64,000 bases of DNA from an uncultured bacterium. Lineage in GTDB: Bacteria > CSSED10-310 > CAZUFC01. This document shows, piece by piece, positions 37,641-47,086 of this stretch (the stretch's first letter is position 1; each line of letters starts with the position of its first letter). The translations under genes were made by a program, and so were the position numbers. Where the stretch lies: assembly GCA_964619725.1 (NCBI GenBank), contig CAZUFC010000014.1, positions 40,641 through 104,640 of the forward strand. The letters are read 5' to 3'. The notes below the pieces were generated by a model. That model was given only the letters and a program-made list of their open reading frames with translations, did not search any database and was not told where the DNA came from.

Positions 37641-39152
37641 ATGTTCGATCAGTTGAGGGGGAATTCAACGGATCAGTCAGGGAGATCGCAAAGTGGAAGC
37701 GCGGGTAAGCGCTTGATGATGGGGATGACGGAATTTTTCAAGTTTGCGGAGCGGAACGGTGGGATATTATCATCGGAGGGAGCGAAGCCTTATGAATGGT
37801 TATCTTATCAGATGACTGATCCTGCGAGTCGACTTCGTCGGGATAAGGTTGACAGGGGACTTTCGGTGAATTCGAATGGAAACGGCCACGGAGTTTCCGG
37901 TGCGAAGCTGAACGGCCGAAACGGGAGCTCAGGAGGTAATTTGCGTGTAAAGGCGGATGTGCGGCGGCCTATGGGGACAAACGGAAACGGGAAGGAGCAT
38001 TCCGGGGTCATTTCCAGGAAGCCTTCATGTGCGAGCGAGGAAGAGGAGGAGGAACAGGGCGGATATAATTTCGTTAAAGGATTGATGCACGATCTGACGA
38101 ATATGATAACGCTGCTTTATCTCGACGTGGAGGATTTAAAGCGGTTATTCAAGGATAATGCTGATTATTCAAGGATATGTCAATTATCGGTATGGACTCG
38201 TCGCGCCAGCATATTGGCGGGTTTATTATCAAATCCGCCCGACAAATCTGAAGGTTCCTGCCGAATAACCAAGGTCAACGGCATAATCGAATATTTCATT
38301 AAATTATTAAAAAACAATTTTCCTCATATTGATTTTGAATTCAAGCCTTCGGACCCTGATCCGCTGGTGCTGATGAGCAACATAGAGCTTCAGCGGATAC
38401 TGCAGAATCTTCTGATGAATGCAGTGGAGGCGATAGAGCGTAACGGGACGATTCAGATATCGACTTCCATTGAAGAGGCGAGTCTGGAGGAAGAGAAGGG
38501 AGCGAATCAGGACAAGCAGGTGTTTGTTGTGCTGAAGATCAAAGACAGCGGTTGCGGGATGAATGATGTTCAAGTGGAGAATCTGTTCAAACATGCCTAT
38601 TCCACGAAGGGGACGGGAAAGCATGCGAAGCACAAGGGAATAGGTTTGATAAACGTTTACAACATAGTGAACTCACTGGGCGGTAAAATCGACATTGAAA
38701 GCCGGCCAGGCACAGGAACTGAATTTAAGATATATTTGCCGCCCGCAGGAATTCTGGCGGTTGAAGATAATTTAAGCTTGCTCGATCTCACCATAGCGAA
38801 TCTCAAGAATGCAGGATTCAGGGTATTTCCTGCGCGTGACGGTTACGAGGCTTTATCTTATTTCGAAAGGGGCGAGCGGGGCATCACGCTGGTATTCTCA
38901 GATATGAATCTGGGCGACATGGACGGATCGGAGTTATTTTTTGAGATAAGGAACTATAATCGGGAAATACCTTTTATTTTCACGAGCGGTGATTCGGAGA
39001 AGAGCGACAAAAGGAAGAATCCGGCATTGAATTGCAAGGGAACGCGATTCATTGATCGATTCACTGATAACCTTGAGGTGGTCAGGTTTATAAGGGAAAC
39101 CATTTCGCAACATTGTTGCAGCGGAATGTTCGGCAAAAGCGACGGTCCTTAG
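37641..39152 (+). CDS. Hybrid histidine kinase/receiver with a low-complexity N-terminus
   Basis: H box MHDLTN, N box QNLLMNAVEA, DSGCGM, GIGL, GTGTEF; receiver VEDN..FSDMNL..FTSG. Start at ATG 37641 preferred over TTG 37584. Confidence 0.9.
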   Translation: MFDQLRGNSTDQSGRSQSGSAGKRLMMGMTEFFKFAERNGGILSSEGAKPYEWLSYQMTDPASRLRRDKVDRGLSVNSNGNGHGVSGAKLNGRNGSSGGNLRVKADVRRPMGTNGNGKEHSGVISRKPSCASEEEEEEQGGYNFVKGLMHDLTNMITLLYLDVEDLKRLFKDNADYSRICQLSVWTRRASILAGLLSNPPDKSEGSCRITKVNGIIEYFIKLLKNNFPHIDFEFKPSDPDPLVLMSNIELQRILQNLLMNAVEAIERNGTIQISTSIEEASLEEEKGANQDKQVFVVLKIKDSGCGMNDVQVENLFKHAYSTKGTGKHAKHKGIGLINVYNIVNSLGGKIDIESRPGTGTEFKIYLPPAGILAVEDNLSLLDLTIANLKNAGFRVFPARDGYEALSYFERGERGITLVFSDMNLGDMDGSELFFEIRNYNREIPFIFTSGDSEKSDKRKNPALNCKGTRFIDRFTDNLEVVRFIRETISQHCCSGMFGKSDGP

Positions 39153-39377
39153 TAGAGGAACATAAAGGTGCAAAGGGGCCGGTTCCGTGCGAAGGCATTT
39201 TGAGTTGCTGGACTATATGACAGGGGCGACGTTAAGAGACACACCGGTTGGAAGGCTGATTTTCCGGAAAGTCGTTATGGGTGAGCCGGCCAGCATTTGA
39301 GCGGTATAATTATTTTATTACCGCAAGAGTTTTCGTAGAGTCGTGCGACAAGAGCGTCCTGGTTGGCGGCGCTGAAG

Positions 39378-39406
39378 TTGACAAAACAATTGGAGAGACT
39401 TATATT
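39378..39406 (+). promoter_or_regulatory. Sigma70-like promoter of the CsgG-family gene
   Basis: TTGACA-17 nt-TATATT. Confidence 0.7.
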
Positions 39407-39479
39407 TAATTGTCCTGGAAGAGAAAACGGGATTTTTTTTCGTTTTGTAGTGTGCAGGATACAGAAAGGAGTGCAACAG

Positions 39480-40367
39480 ATGAGGAAAGTATTTTTACTG
39501 ACGGTATTGTTAAGCATGGCTGCGATTTTATTCTTGACGTCGTTGCCTTCGGCTTACGCGAAGCCTCGCATCGCGGTAGTCGATTTTGAGAACAAGGCCG
39601 GCGGATGGGGCGGTTGGCGCCTGGGCAACCAGGCAGCGGATATGCTGACAACAGAAATAGTAAAGACCGACAAGTATTCGGTAATGGAACGGGAGAAGCT
39701 TGATGCGGTGTTAAAAGAGCAGAATCTCGGTCAATCCGGACGGGTTGATCCGTCAACGGCCGCCAAAATCGGCAAAATTCTGGGCGTGGATGTGATCGTA
39801 ACGGGAGCGGTCACTGAATTCGGCAAAAGCGAAGCAGGCGGCGGCGGCTGGGCTCTCAACATCAAAAAAGACACTTACGCCGGCGTCATTGATGCGCGTA
39901 TGATCAGGGTCAATACGGGCGAGATCATATGGGCGGATACGGCGAAGGGATCGAGCGCCAATGTGCGCGTACGTGTAAAGGGTTACGGCGGCGGAAAGGG
40001 TTACGACGAGAAAATAGCGAGCGATGTGTTGCGTGATGCCGTTAAGGAAATGGCGAAAAAGATCGGGGACAAGGCATCCGGGATTCAACCGCGAGCTGCT
40101 GCGCCCAAGCCGAGCATATTTAAAGTAGCGAAAGTAGAGGGCGATAAAGTGTGGCTTAACGCTGGAAAAGATGAAGGTATATCAGAGGGCGATTCTTACA
40201 GCGTATACCGCAAGGGCGAGGAAATCGTCGATCCCGACACTGGAACCGTCCTGGGAGCCGAGGAAGAAAGAATCGGCTCGCTGAAAGTCACCAAAGTAAA
40301 ATCAAAATATGCAATCGCTGAAATTGTGGAAGGAAGCGATTTTCAGACCGGCGACATAGTTAAATAG
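39480..40367 (+). CDS. CsgG/HfaB-family exported protein with a FlgT-C-like C-terminal domain
   Basis: RIAVVDF, ERE.L..VL.EQ, AAKIGKILG, VNTGEI; LNAG...G...DPDTG.VLG. Start ATG 39480 after AAAGGAG. Confidence 0.85.
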   Translation: MRKVFLLTVLLSMAAILFLTSLPSAYAKPRIAVVDFENKAGGWGGWRLGNQAADMLTTEIVKTDKYSVMEREKLDAVLKEQNLGQSGRVDPSTAAKIGKILGVDVIVTGAVTEFGKSEAGGGGWALNIKKDTYAGVIDARMIRVNTGEIIWADTAKGSSANVRVRVKGYGGGKGYDEKIASDVLRDAVKEMAKKIGDKASGIQPRAAAPKPSIFKVAKVEGDKVWLNAGKDEGISEGDSYSVYRKGEEIVDPDTGTVLGAEEERIGSLKVTKVKSKYAIAEIVEGSDFQTGDIVK

Positions 40368-40432
40368 CGCCTGTCCGCAATGTCATTTTAAACTCGGCAT
40401 GCCGCAACGAACAGACTAATTCGTTTTGCCGT

Positions 40433-40786
40433 TTATTTCTGCGATTCTACGGCTTCTATAACGTCTCCCGGCGCGGCTGCATCTGGTGCAGTCGCGCCGG
40501 CGGCAAACTCAACCACGGAATGTGATTTTATACCTCCGTAACAGATGCGCCAGGGCGGAATATTCCGCTTAATCCTGACGATCCTGTTACGCCTGTCCAG
40601 AAAAAGCGCATCGATATCGAATCTCATGAAAAAAGTATGGATCATACCGCAGGGTATTATCCAGAGCGCTTCGTTATGACTCATGGAGGACCTGCCGAGA
40701 AGCCCGGCGGCACGCGAAAAAAAATCGTCCGCATATTCGGCTTTTTCAGCCAGGATAATATTACGGCTTGCGTTCTTTATTAACAT
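40433..40786 (-). CDS. DUF192 family protein
   Basis: FFSRAAGLLGR, IHTFFMRFDIDALFLD, SVVEF. Confidence 0.9.
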   Translation of the reverse strand: MLIKNASRNIILAEKAEYADDFFSRAAGLLGRSSMSHNEALWIIPCGMIHTFFMRFDIDALFLDRRNRIVRIKRNIPPWRICYGGIKSHSVVEFAAGATAPDAAAPGDVIEAVESQK

Positions 40787-40922
40787 GTTTCACCTTTTGC
40801 GGTCCAACCCGCTTCGGAGACGAAAGTTTATGCTTTACGTGCTTGACTGGAATAATCATCGTCTGATAATAACTGCTTTTGTTGCTGCATATGCAAAGTT
40901 CACATGCGGAAAGGGGTTATGA

Positions 40923-41792
40923 ATGAAGGTAAAAAAAGGAATCATCGCTGCAGCCGGCCTGGGCACCAGATTCTTGCCGGCCACCAAAGCCATGCCGAAA
41001 GAAATTCTGCCCATTATCGACAAACCCATTATACAATACACGGTCGAAGAATTCTATGATTCGGGACTGCGCACCATCATCATCGTGACCGGCCAAAGAA
41101 ATAATGCGGTGATCGAAGAATATTTCGACATTAACAAATTCAAAAAGTATAAGAATCTGAACGAAACCACAAAAAAATTATGGGAAATTCTGAACGAATG
41201 CTGCATATCTTTCGTCAAGCAGAGAGGACCTTACGGCAACGGTACGCCTCTTTTAAGCGCCAAGGAACTTTTAGGGGACGAACCTTTTATTTATGCTTTC
41301 GGTGACGATCTGATCTTATCGAAGACGCCTTTCACGCAGCAGCTGATAAATAATTATGATCGATACGGCAGTTGCGTGGTCGGCGGTCAGGAAGTCCCCA
41401 AAGAGGATGTGGTGAAATACGGCATTTTGCGGCTTAAGGACAAAAGTGAAAAAATGGAGCTTGACGGCATCGTTGAAAAGCCTTCCATAGAAAACGCGCC
41501 GTCCAGACTGGCGGTATTCGGACGTTTTCTGCTTTTCCCCAAAGTCGTGGAGATATTAGATAAAACGCCATTGGGGAAAAACAACGAGAAATGGATGACT
41601 GATGCGCTGGATGCCTATCTGAAAAATGACATCGTAACGGTTCAACCCGTTGAGAACGGACGATGGCACACCACCGGCGATCCTCTGACTTTCCTTCAAA
41701 CCGTGATCCAATACGCTTTGGAAAATAAGGAAATAGGAACTCAGTTCAAAGAATATCTAAGGGGATTGCAGGGGCGTTTCGATAAGGAATAA
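40923..41792 (+). CDS. galU: UTP-glucose-1-phosphate uridylyltransferase (GalU-like)
   Basis: AAGLGTRFLPATKAMPKEILPIIDKP, VEKP. Confidence 0.85.
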   Translation: MKVKKGIIAAAGLGTRFLPATKAMPKEILPIIDKPIIQYTVEEFYDSGLRTIIIVTGQRNNAVIEEYFDINKFKKYKNLNETTKKLWEILNECCISFVKQRGPYGNGTPLLSAKELLGDEPFIYAFGDDLILSKTPFTQQLINNYDRYGSCVVGGQEVPKEDVVKYGILRLKDKSEKMELDGIVEKPSIENAPSRLAVFGRFLLFPKVVEILDKTPLGKNNEKWMTDALDAYLKNDIVTVQPVENGRWHTTGDPLTFLQTVIQYALENKEIGTQFKEYLRGLQGRFDKE

Positions 41793-41810
41793 TCGGGTGC
41801 GAGGGAAAAG

Positions 41811-42227
41811 TCATTTTTCTGCAACGTATTCGGCTTTAACTTCAATCCTGATGCCGCCGCGAGCGTTGAATTTTCCTATGACTGTGGCTGAAAGGGGTCG
41901 AGCGGCTGCGACGAGGTCATCCAAAATTCTGTTCACGGCTTTTTCAAAGAAGGTTCCGACGTTTCTGTAAGACATGATATAAAGTTTCAGCGATTTGCTT
42001 TCTATGCACCATTTCGAAGGCACGTAACGGATTATTATTTCGGCGAAATCCGGTTGTCCGGTAATGGGACACAGAGATGTGTATTCCGGGCAGACGAAGG
42101 TTATTTCATATTTCCTTTCGGGATGACTGTCGGCGAAAACTTCTAATTTGGCGTTGTCGGGATGGTCAGGAATTACCGTTTTCTTTGATCCCAGGAGAGT
42201 GAGTTTCGGTTTTTCCTTTTGGGGCAT
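41811..42227 (-). CDS. queF: NADPH-dependent preQ0 reductase (type I)
   Basis: EYTSLCPITGQPDF, ESKSLKLY, FNARGGI. Confidence 0.96.
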   Translation of the reverse strand: MPQKEKPKLTLLGSKKTVIPDHPDNAKLEVFADSHPERKYEITFVCPEYTSLCPITGQPDFAEIIIRYVPSKWCIESKSLKLYIMSYRNVGTFFEKAVNRILDDLVAAARPLSATVIGKFNARGGIRIEVKAEYVAEK

Positions 42228-42399
42228 GGCATCCTCCTTGTAATCAAGCTGAACCCGATATTTAGTTCCTGGTCATGTATAGCGGCCTGCGGGTTTCAAA
42301 TCAAGCTGCCTTTGCATATTTTACTTGAGAAAGGCTTGAATGTCTGCAACAATAATTAAACGAATTTTTTTCGATGCTCAAGCCAGGAGGTTACGGAAA

Positions 42400-44070
42400 A
42401 TGCAATTAGTTGAATGTGTTCCCAATTTCAGTGAAGGAAGAGACCATTCGATAATCGATTCAATAACCCAGCAAATTTCGCAGACAGAAGGCGTTAAACT
42501 ATTGGATGTTGATCCCGGAGCCGATACGAACCGAACGGTTGTGACTTTCGTCGGGTCGCCGGCCGGAGTAAAAGAAGCGGCGTTTCAGGCTATAAAGCGC
42601 GCTTCGGAGTTGATCGACATGCGTCAGCATTCCGGGGCACATCCCCGGATGGGAGCGACCGACGTTTGTCCTTTCGTTCCCGTATCGGGGGTAACGACAG
42701 AGGAATGCGTCGAGATAGCGAAAGAGGTGGGAGCCCGGGTTGCTCAGGAGCTGAGCATACCGGTTTATTTGTATGAAAAGGCGGCATCGCGTCCGGAACG
42801 CAACAGTTTATCTGACATCAGGAAAGGCGAATATGAAGCTTTAGAGGAAAAATTAAAGCAGGCCGAATGGAAACCTGATTTCGGCGAATCGACGTTCAAT
42901 GCCCGTTCGGGAGCAACTGTCGTAGGCGTCCGGGAATTTCTCATCGCTTATAACGTTAATTTAAACACCATGGACGGTAACGCGGCGAATGAAATTGCCA
43001 AGCGTGTCAGACAGGGCGGTAAAGCGAAACGGGATGAAAACGGTAAAATAGTGAGAGACGAAAAGGGCAAAATCGTTCGGATACCAGGCTCGTTAGATGA
43101 ATGCCGAGGCGTAGGATGGGTCATACCGGAGTATGAGGTCGCTCAGGTCAGCATGAATCTGACAAATTATAAAATTACTCCTCCTCACAAAGCTTACGAA
43201 GAAATACGCAAGGAAGCCGAAGACCTGGGATTGCTGGCATTAGGCAGCGAGATAGTGGGACTGGTTCCTCTCGAAGCCGTATTGGAAGCGGGACGATTTT
43301 ACTTAAAAAAACAGGGAAAAAATACAGGCGTTCCGGAAAAGGATTTAGTCAAAACAGCGATTCAATCCCTGGGCCTGGATTCTGTCTCTCCTTTCGATCC
43401 GAACAAGAAGATCATCGAATATCAATTCAGAAACAAAGAAGACGCGTTGATTGCAATGAAGATAGACGATTTCGTCGACGAATTGTCCTCCGATTCTCCG
43501 GCGCCTGGCGGCGGCAGCGTCGCCGCACTGAACGCCGCTCTCTCCTCCGGCTTGTCAGCAATGGTCGCCTCGCTGACTCACGGCAAAAAAAACTATGAAA
43601 ATGTGTGGGAAGAAATGGAATCGCTGGCTGTTGAGGCTCAAAAACTGAAGGATATGTTTCTGGATAAGGTCGATAAGGATACAGAAGCTTTCAACCGGGT
43701 TATGGCAGCAATGAAAATGAAAAGAAAAACGCCGGAACAGAAAGAAGCCAGAGAAAAAGCGATGGAATCAGCCAATAAAGAAGCCGCCCGGGTTCCTTTC
43801 ACCGTGCTGGAAGAGAGCGTCAAAGCCCTTCAGCATGCTCTGAAAGCCGCAGAAAAAGGAAATAAAAACTCGCTCAGCGATGCGGGCGTAGCCGGATTGA
43901 CGGGATTAGCAGCAGCAAAAGGAGCCTTTTACAACGTGCTTATTAATCTCGGTTCGATTAGCGACCTTCAGTTCAAACGGGAATTCAAACAAAAAAGCAG
44001 CGAACTCTTCGAAAAAGCCCGTAACCTGGCCGATCAAATCGAATCTCATCTCCTTAAAGAACTCTCCTGA
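42400..44070 (+). CDS. ftcD: Bifunctional glutamate formimidoyltransferase / formiminotetrahydrofolate cyclodeaminase
   Basis: ECVPNFSEG, HPRMGATDVCPF, C-terminal SPAPGGGS and SDAGVA; SD AGGAGG before ATG 42400. Confidence 0.95.
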   Translation: MQLVECVPNFSEGRDHSIIDSITQQISQTEGVKLLDVDPGADTNRTVVTFVGSPAGVKEAAFQAIKRASELIDMRQHSGAHPRMGATDVCPFVPVSGVTTEECVEIAKEVGARVAQELSIPVYLYEKAASRPERNSLSDIRKGEYEALEEKLKQAEWKPDFGESTFNARSGATVVGVREFLIAYNVNLNTMDGNAANEIAKRVRQGGKAKRDENGKIVRDEKGKIVRIPGSLDECRGVGWVIPEYEVAQVSMNLTNYKITPPHKAYEEIRKEAEDLGLLALGSEIVGLVPLEAVLEAGRFYLKKQGKNTGVPEKDLVKTAIQSLGLDSVSPFDPNKKIIEYQFRNKEDALIAMKIDDFVDELSSDSPAPGGGSVAALNAALSSGLSAMVASLTHGKKNYENVWEEMESLAVEAQKLKDMFLDKVDKDTEAFNRVMAAMKMKRKTPEQKEAREKAMESANKEAARVPFTVLEESVKALQHALKAAEKGNKNSLSDAGVAGLTGLAAAKGAFYNVLINLGSISDLQFKREFKQKSSELFEKARNLADQIESHLLKELS

Positions 44071-44078
44071 CTCCAGCA

Positions 44079-44780
44079 TTGGTCGGATATGCTCATATGG
44101 CGCTGTGGAAAGAAATTCTGTGGCGGATTCTAGGCCGTGTGGGTTACGGCATTATTTTCCTTACCGCTAAGTCGCTTCGATGGACAGTATTAAGAAAAAA
44201 AATTGATGAGGAAATAAAACGGGAATACGGGAGCGCCATTTATGCCTTCTGGCACGGCAGACAGTTCCTGCTGGTTTACACGCATGCTCATAGGAAAGTC
44301 CATGTGCTGGTTAGCCGCTCCAGGGACGGAGAAATAATTCATAGAATTCTGGCCGCCGGAGGAAACAGAACAGTTCGAGGTTCAACCACTCGAGGGGGTT
44401 CTGACGCTTATCAGGAACTGATAAACGTCGTTACAGATCAAGGTTTCTATGCCGCCTTCACTCCCGACGGCCCCAAAGGACCCGCCTGTAAAGTCGCTCC
44501 CGGCATCATCGCTCTGGCGGCACGCACGCAGAAACCGATCGTCCCCATGTCGACTTCATCGGGCAAAGCTAAATATCTTAAAAGCTGGGATAAATTTCTG
44601 GTTCCCTGTCCCTTCTCAACAGGCGTGCTGGTTTACGGTGACCCTCTCTTCGTGCCGGCCGACTGCTCCCCTCAGGACGTTCAAAGATACTCAAAAATCC
44701 TGGAAAACGAACTCAACAGAATAACCGCGCTCGCGGATAAAACAGCCGGAAAAAAGAATCGGACTCAAGATGACAAATAA
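44079..44780 (+). CDS. DUF374 / lysophospholipid acyltransferase-family protein
   Basis: FWHGR, SRSRDGE, RGSTTRGG, TPDGPKGP, SWDKF..P.PF; start may be ATG 44097. Confidence 0.9.
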   Translation: MVGYAHMALWKEILWRILGRVGYGIIFLTAKSLRWTVLRKKIDEEIKREYGSAIYAFWHGRQFLLVYTHAHRKVHVLVSRSRDGEIIHRILAAGGNRTVRGSTTRGGSDAYQELINVVTDQGFYAAFTPDGPKGPACKVAPGIIALAARTQKPIVPMSTSSGKAKYLKSWDKFLVPCPFSTGVLVYGDPLFVPADCSPQDVQRYSKILENELNRITALADKTAGKKNRTQDDK

Positions 44781-44884
44781 ATTCCGCATCAGCCGGCCGA
44801 TGCAGGCGCTGTGAGCATCTGTCTTTTATTTCCAAAAAATTAAAAGGTCGTTCTTCACTTATTCTGTCATCTCGGCAAATGCCT

Positions 44885-46225
44885 TCAAGCCTTCAACTCG
44901 ACACGACAAAAGGGACACTTCAATTCGGGATAAGGTGGAAATACGCTGATTTCCTCCCCCCATTCGGTTACTCCTTCAGAACAGATATAGCCGCATGATT
45001 CGCACTGAGGAAAAACACTCCCGTTATCTCGTTTGCACTCGGTCACCTTCTCGACGGCTATTCCGATTTTCTCAGCGAAAATCGCTGCCCTGTTCATATC
45101 GGGGTCGGAAGGTAAATTCTTTATTATATAAGCAGGCAGGGGAACGATAATTTGTTGCTGCCTGAACATATTCTCTATTATCGAAGCAGCGTTTCCGCTC
45201 CACCCGTACGATCCGAAAACCGCGCCTATTTTTCCTCTCATCCGAATTTTACTCAATGAATATAGCATATCCCATATCGGCTTAATGACGTTCCTGTCCA
45301 TCGTGGGCGAACCGATAATAATTCCTGACGATTCTTCAATGTGCTCTAAAGCCATTTTTATATTGAAAGGATAATGATGCTCGTAAACGTGTATTCCCAT
45401 GCTCCTGAGCTGTTCAACGATGCCTCTCGACAGCAACTCGGTAAAACCGTAAACCGACGCTGAAATCAAAACTACGCTTTTTTGATTCTTCAGTGAATGC
45501 TTCGACCACTCCAGATACTTGCACAGGTAAGTCTCAGGCTTGTGACGAATGACGGGGCCGTAAGCCGGCGCTATCATATTGAGATTCATTTTTGCCGCCT
45601 GATTCAGCGTTCCCATCAAATAATCGGTCTTGGAACGGAATACGTTGTTGTAATATCGCCGGAACGCAGTCGAAAACTCCGGCGCCTCATCATTGAACAG
45701 CCTTTCCGGACTGTAATGTGAACTCATGACATCCGAAGAAAAAAGAATAGCCTCTTCATCCAGATATGTAATCATTGAATCCGGCCAGGGGGCGAATCGC
45801 GAATGATAAAAGGAGAGATGTTTCCCCCCTAAATCTAATTTTTCTCCATCGCCGACGAACTTGATGACCACAGACAAATCCTTGAAAGAATTATTCAGGA
45901 CGTGTCTGGCGTTTTCAGCGAGGATAATCTTCGCACGGGAAGCCTGGTTTATGATCGGCAACCAGGATGCCACCTGATCGAACATGAAGCGATTAAGCGC
46001 CACATAATCGATCTCTCTCAAATCGATCAGCGATCTCAAATTCTTTAACAGCTTATCACGGTGAAAACTCCCCACAGCATCAATCAAAACGTTTTTTTCC
46101 GCCTGCACAAGATAAGCATTGTACATGGTACCGCGCTGGAGGTCCTGTACGAGATTGAACTTACGCAATGTAGGGTCCCGAGCGCCCACCCAATGCACCT
46201 GCGGAACCAACTGTACAGAATTCAA
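44885..46225 (-). CDS. Flavodiiron (FprA)-like protein with a degenerate diiron site and a C-terminal rubredoxin-like CxxC...CxxC
   Basis: GTMYNAYLV, WPDSM, SVYGFT, GSPT, FGSYGWSG; metal ligands substituted; CESC...CPFC. Confidence 0.85.
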   Translation of the reverse strand: MNSVQLVPQVHWVGARDPTLRKFNLVQDLQRGTMYNAYLVQAEKNVLIDAVGSFHRDKLLKNLRSLIDLREIDYVALNRFMFDQVASWLPIINQASRAKIILAENARHVLNNSFKDLSVVIKFVGDGEKLDLGGKHLSFYHSRFAPWPDSMITYLDEEAILFSSDVMSSHYSPERLFNDEAPEFSTAFRRYYNNVFRSKTDYLMGTLNQAAKMNLNMIAPAYGPVIRHKPETYLCKYLEWSKHSLKNQKSVVLISASVYGFTELLSRGIVEQLRSMGIHVYEHHYPFNIKMALEHIEESSGIIIGSPTMDRNVIKPIWDMLYSLSKIRMRGKIGAVFGSYGWSGNAASIIENMFRQQQIIVPLPAYIIKNLPSDPDMNRAAIFAEKIGIAVEKVTECKRDNGSVFPQCESCGYICSEGVTEWGEEISVFPPYPELKCPFCRVELKA

Positions 46226-46299
46226 AACTTTGCTCCCCTTGTAGTTCTCCTTACTATATAAATTTCAAGCCCCAGCAGAATTAGTTGCTTTTCAGAAGC

Positions 46300-46328
46300 A
46301 TTATAAAATTTTTATAAGGTGTTGTCAA
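46300..46328 (-). promoter_or_regulatory. Perfect-consensus sigma70 promoter with an overlapping palindrome
   Basis: TTGACA-17 nt-TATAAT on the minus strand; TTATAAAA-T-TTTTATAA at 46301-46317. Confidence 0.85.
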
Positions 46329-46436
46329 GCAGCCTGAATCGGTTCAGCTAAGCCTGCCTGGGATTATTTGAAAATGTGTAAGCGGTTTAGTAGTATTAAT
46401 ATAGTCAAAGAGGGTTTCAACAGGAAGGATGAATAA

Positions 46437-46985
46437 ATGAAAACCGGAGAATTAAAGGATATCATGGCTGCAGGACCCATTTTCAAGGGAATGTCTGCGG
46501 ATGAGCTTGAACCTTTAGCGGAAAAATGTCGTCGCATGGACATGGATAAGGATCATGTGATCTTCGAGTCAGGGGATGAAGGAACCTCGCTGTCGGTTAT
46601 CCTTTCGGGCGCGGTGCGTCTGACGATACCTTGCGGCGATATGAGTCTGGGTGCGGTTGGTCCTGGAAAAGTATTCGGCGAAATATCATTTTTTGACCCC
46701 GGTCGCCGTCTGACGGGGGCCGTCGCCACAACCGACGTTACATTTTTTACGCTGAAAAAAGAGGCTTTTCTGGAACTTTTGAATAAGCAGGATACAGGGG
46801 CGCTGCGTCTTTTGCGATACATGAGTGAACTGATGGCGGAGAGGCTGAGCGATCTGCATGACAGGATGGAGAGGGCGGCGCGTAAGCTAAAAAGAGCGAC
46901 AGGAGCATCAGCGTCTGACAAGAAAGGCGAACAGGAAAAGTCAGAGGGCATATTACAAGGCATCCTGAATAAGTTAAAACTTTAA
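46437..46985 (+). CDS. Stand-alone cyclic-nucleotide-binding domain protein
   Basis: IFESGD..ILSGAV..FGEISF...R; no HTH. Confidence 0.88.
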   Translation: MKTGELKDIMAAGPIFKGMSADELEPLAEKCRRMDMDKDHVIFESGDEGTSLSVILSGAVRLTIPCGDMSLGAVGPGKVFGEISFFDPGRRLTGAVATTDVTFFTLKKEAFLELLNKQDTGALRLLRYMSELMAERLSDLHDRMERAARKLKRATGASASDKKGEQEKSEGILQGILNKLKL

Positions 46986-47086
46986 CGGCTGCTTTATTTT
47001 CAGTTCATGGAGCAAAAAATGAGCGACCGATTCCATTTCAGGATACATTTTGTCATGGTTGAGTGAACAATGGGGAGGCATTTAAA

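Noticed and set aside
42228-42340. preQ1 riboswitch before queF
   Set aside because: No preQ1-I stem with an A-rich tail; only a promoter-like TTGATT-17-TATACA and a 10-nt direct repeat
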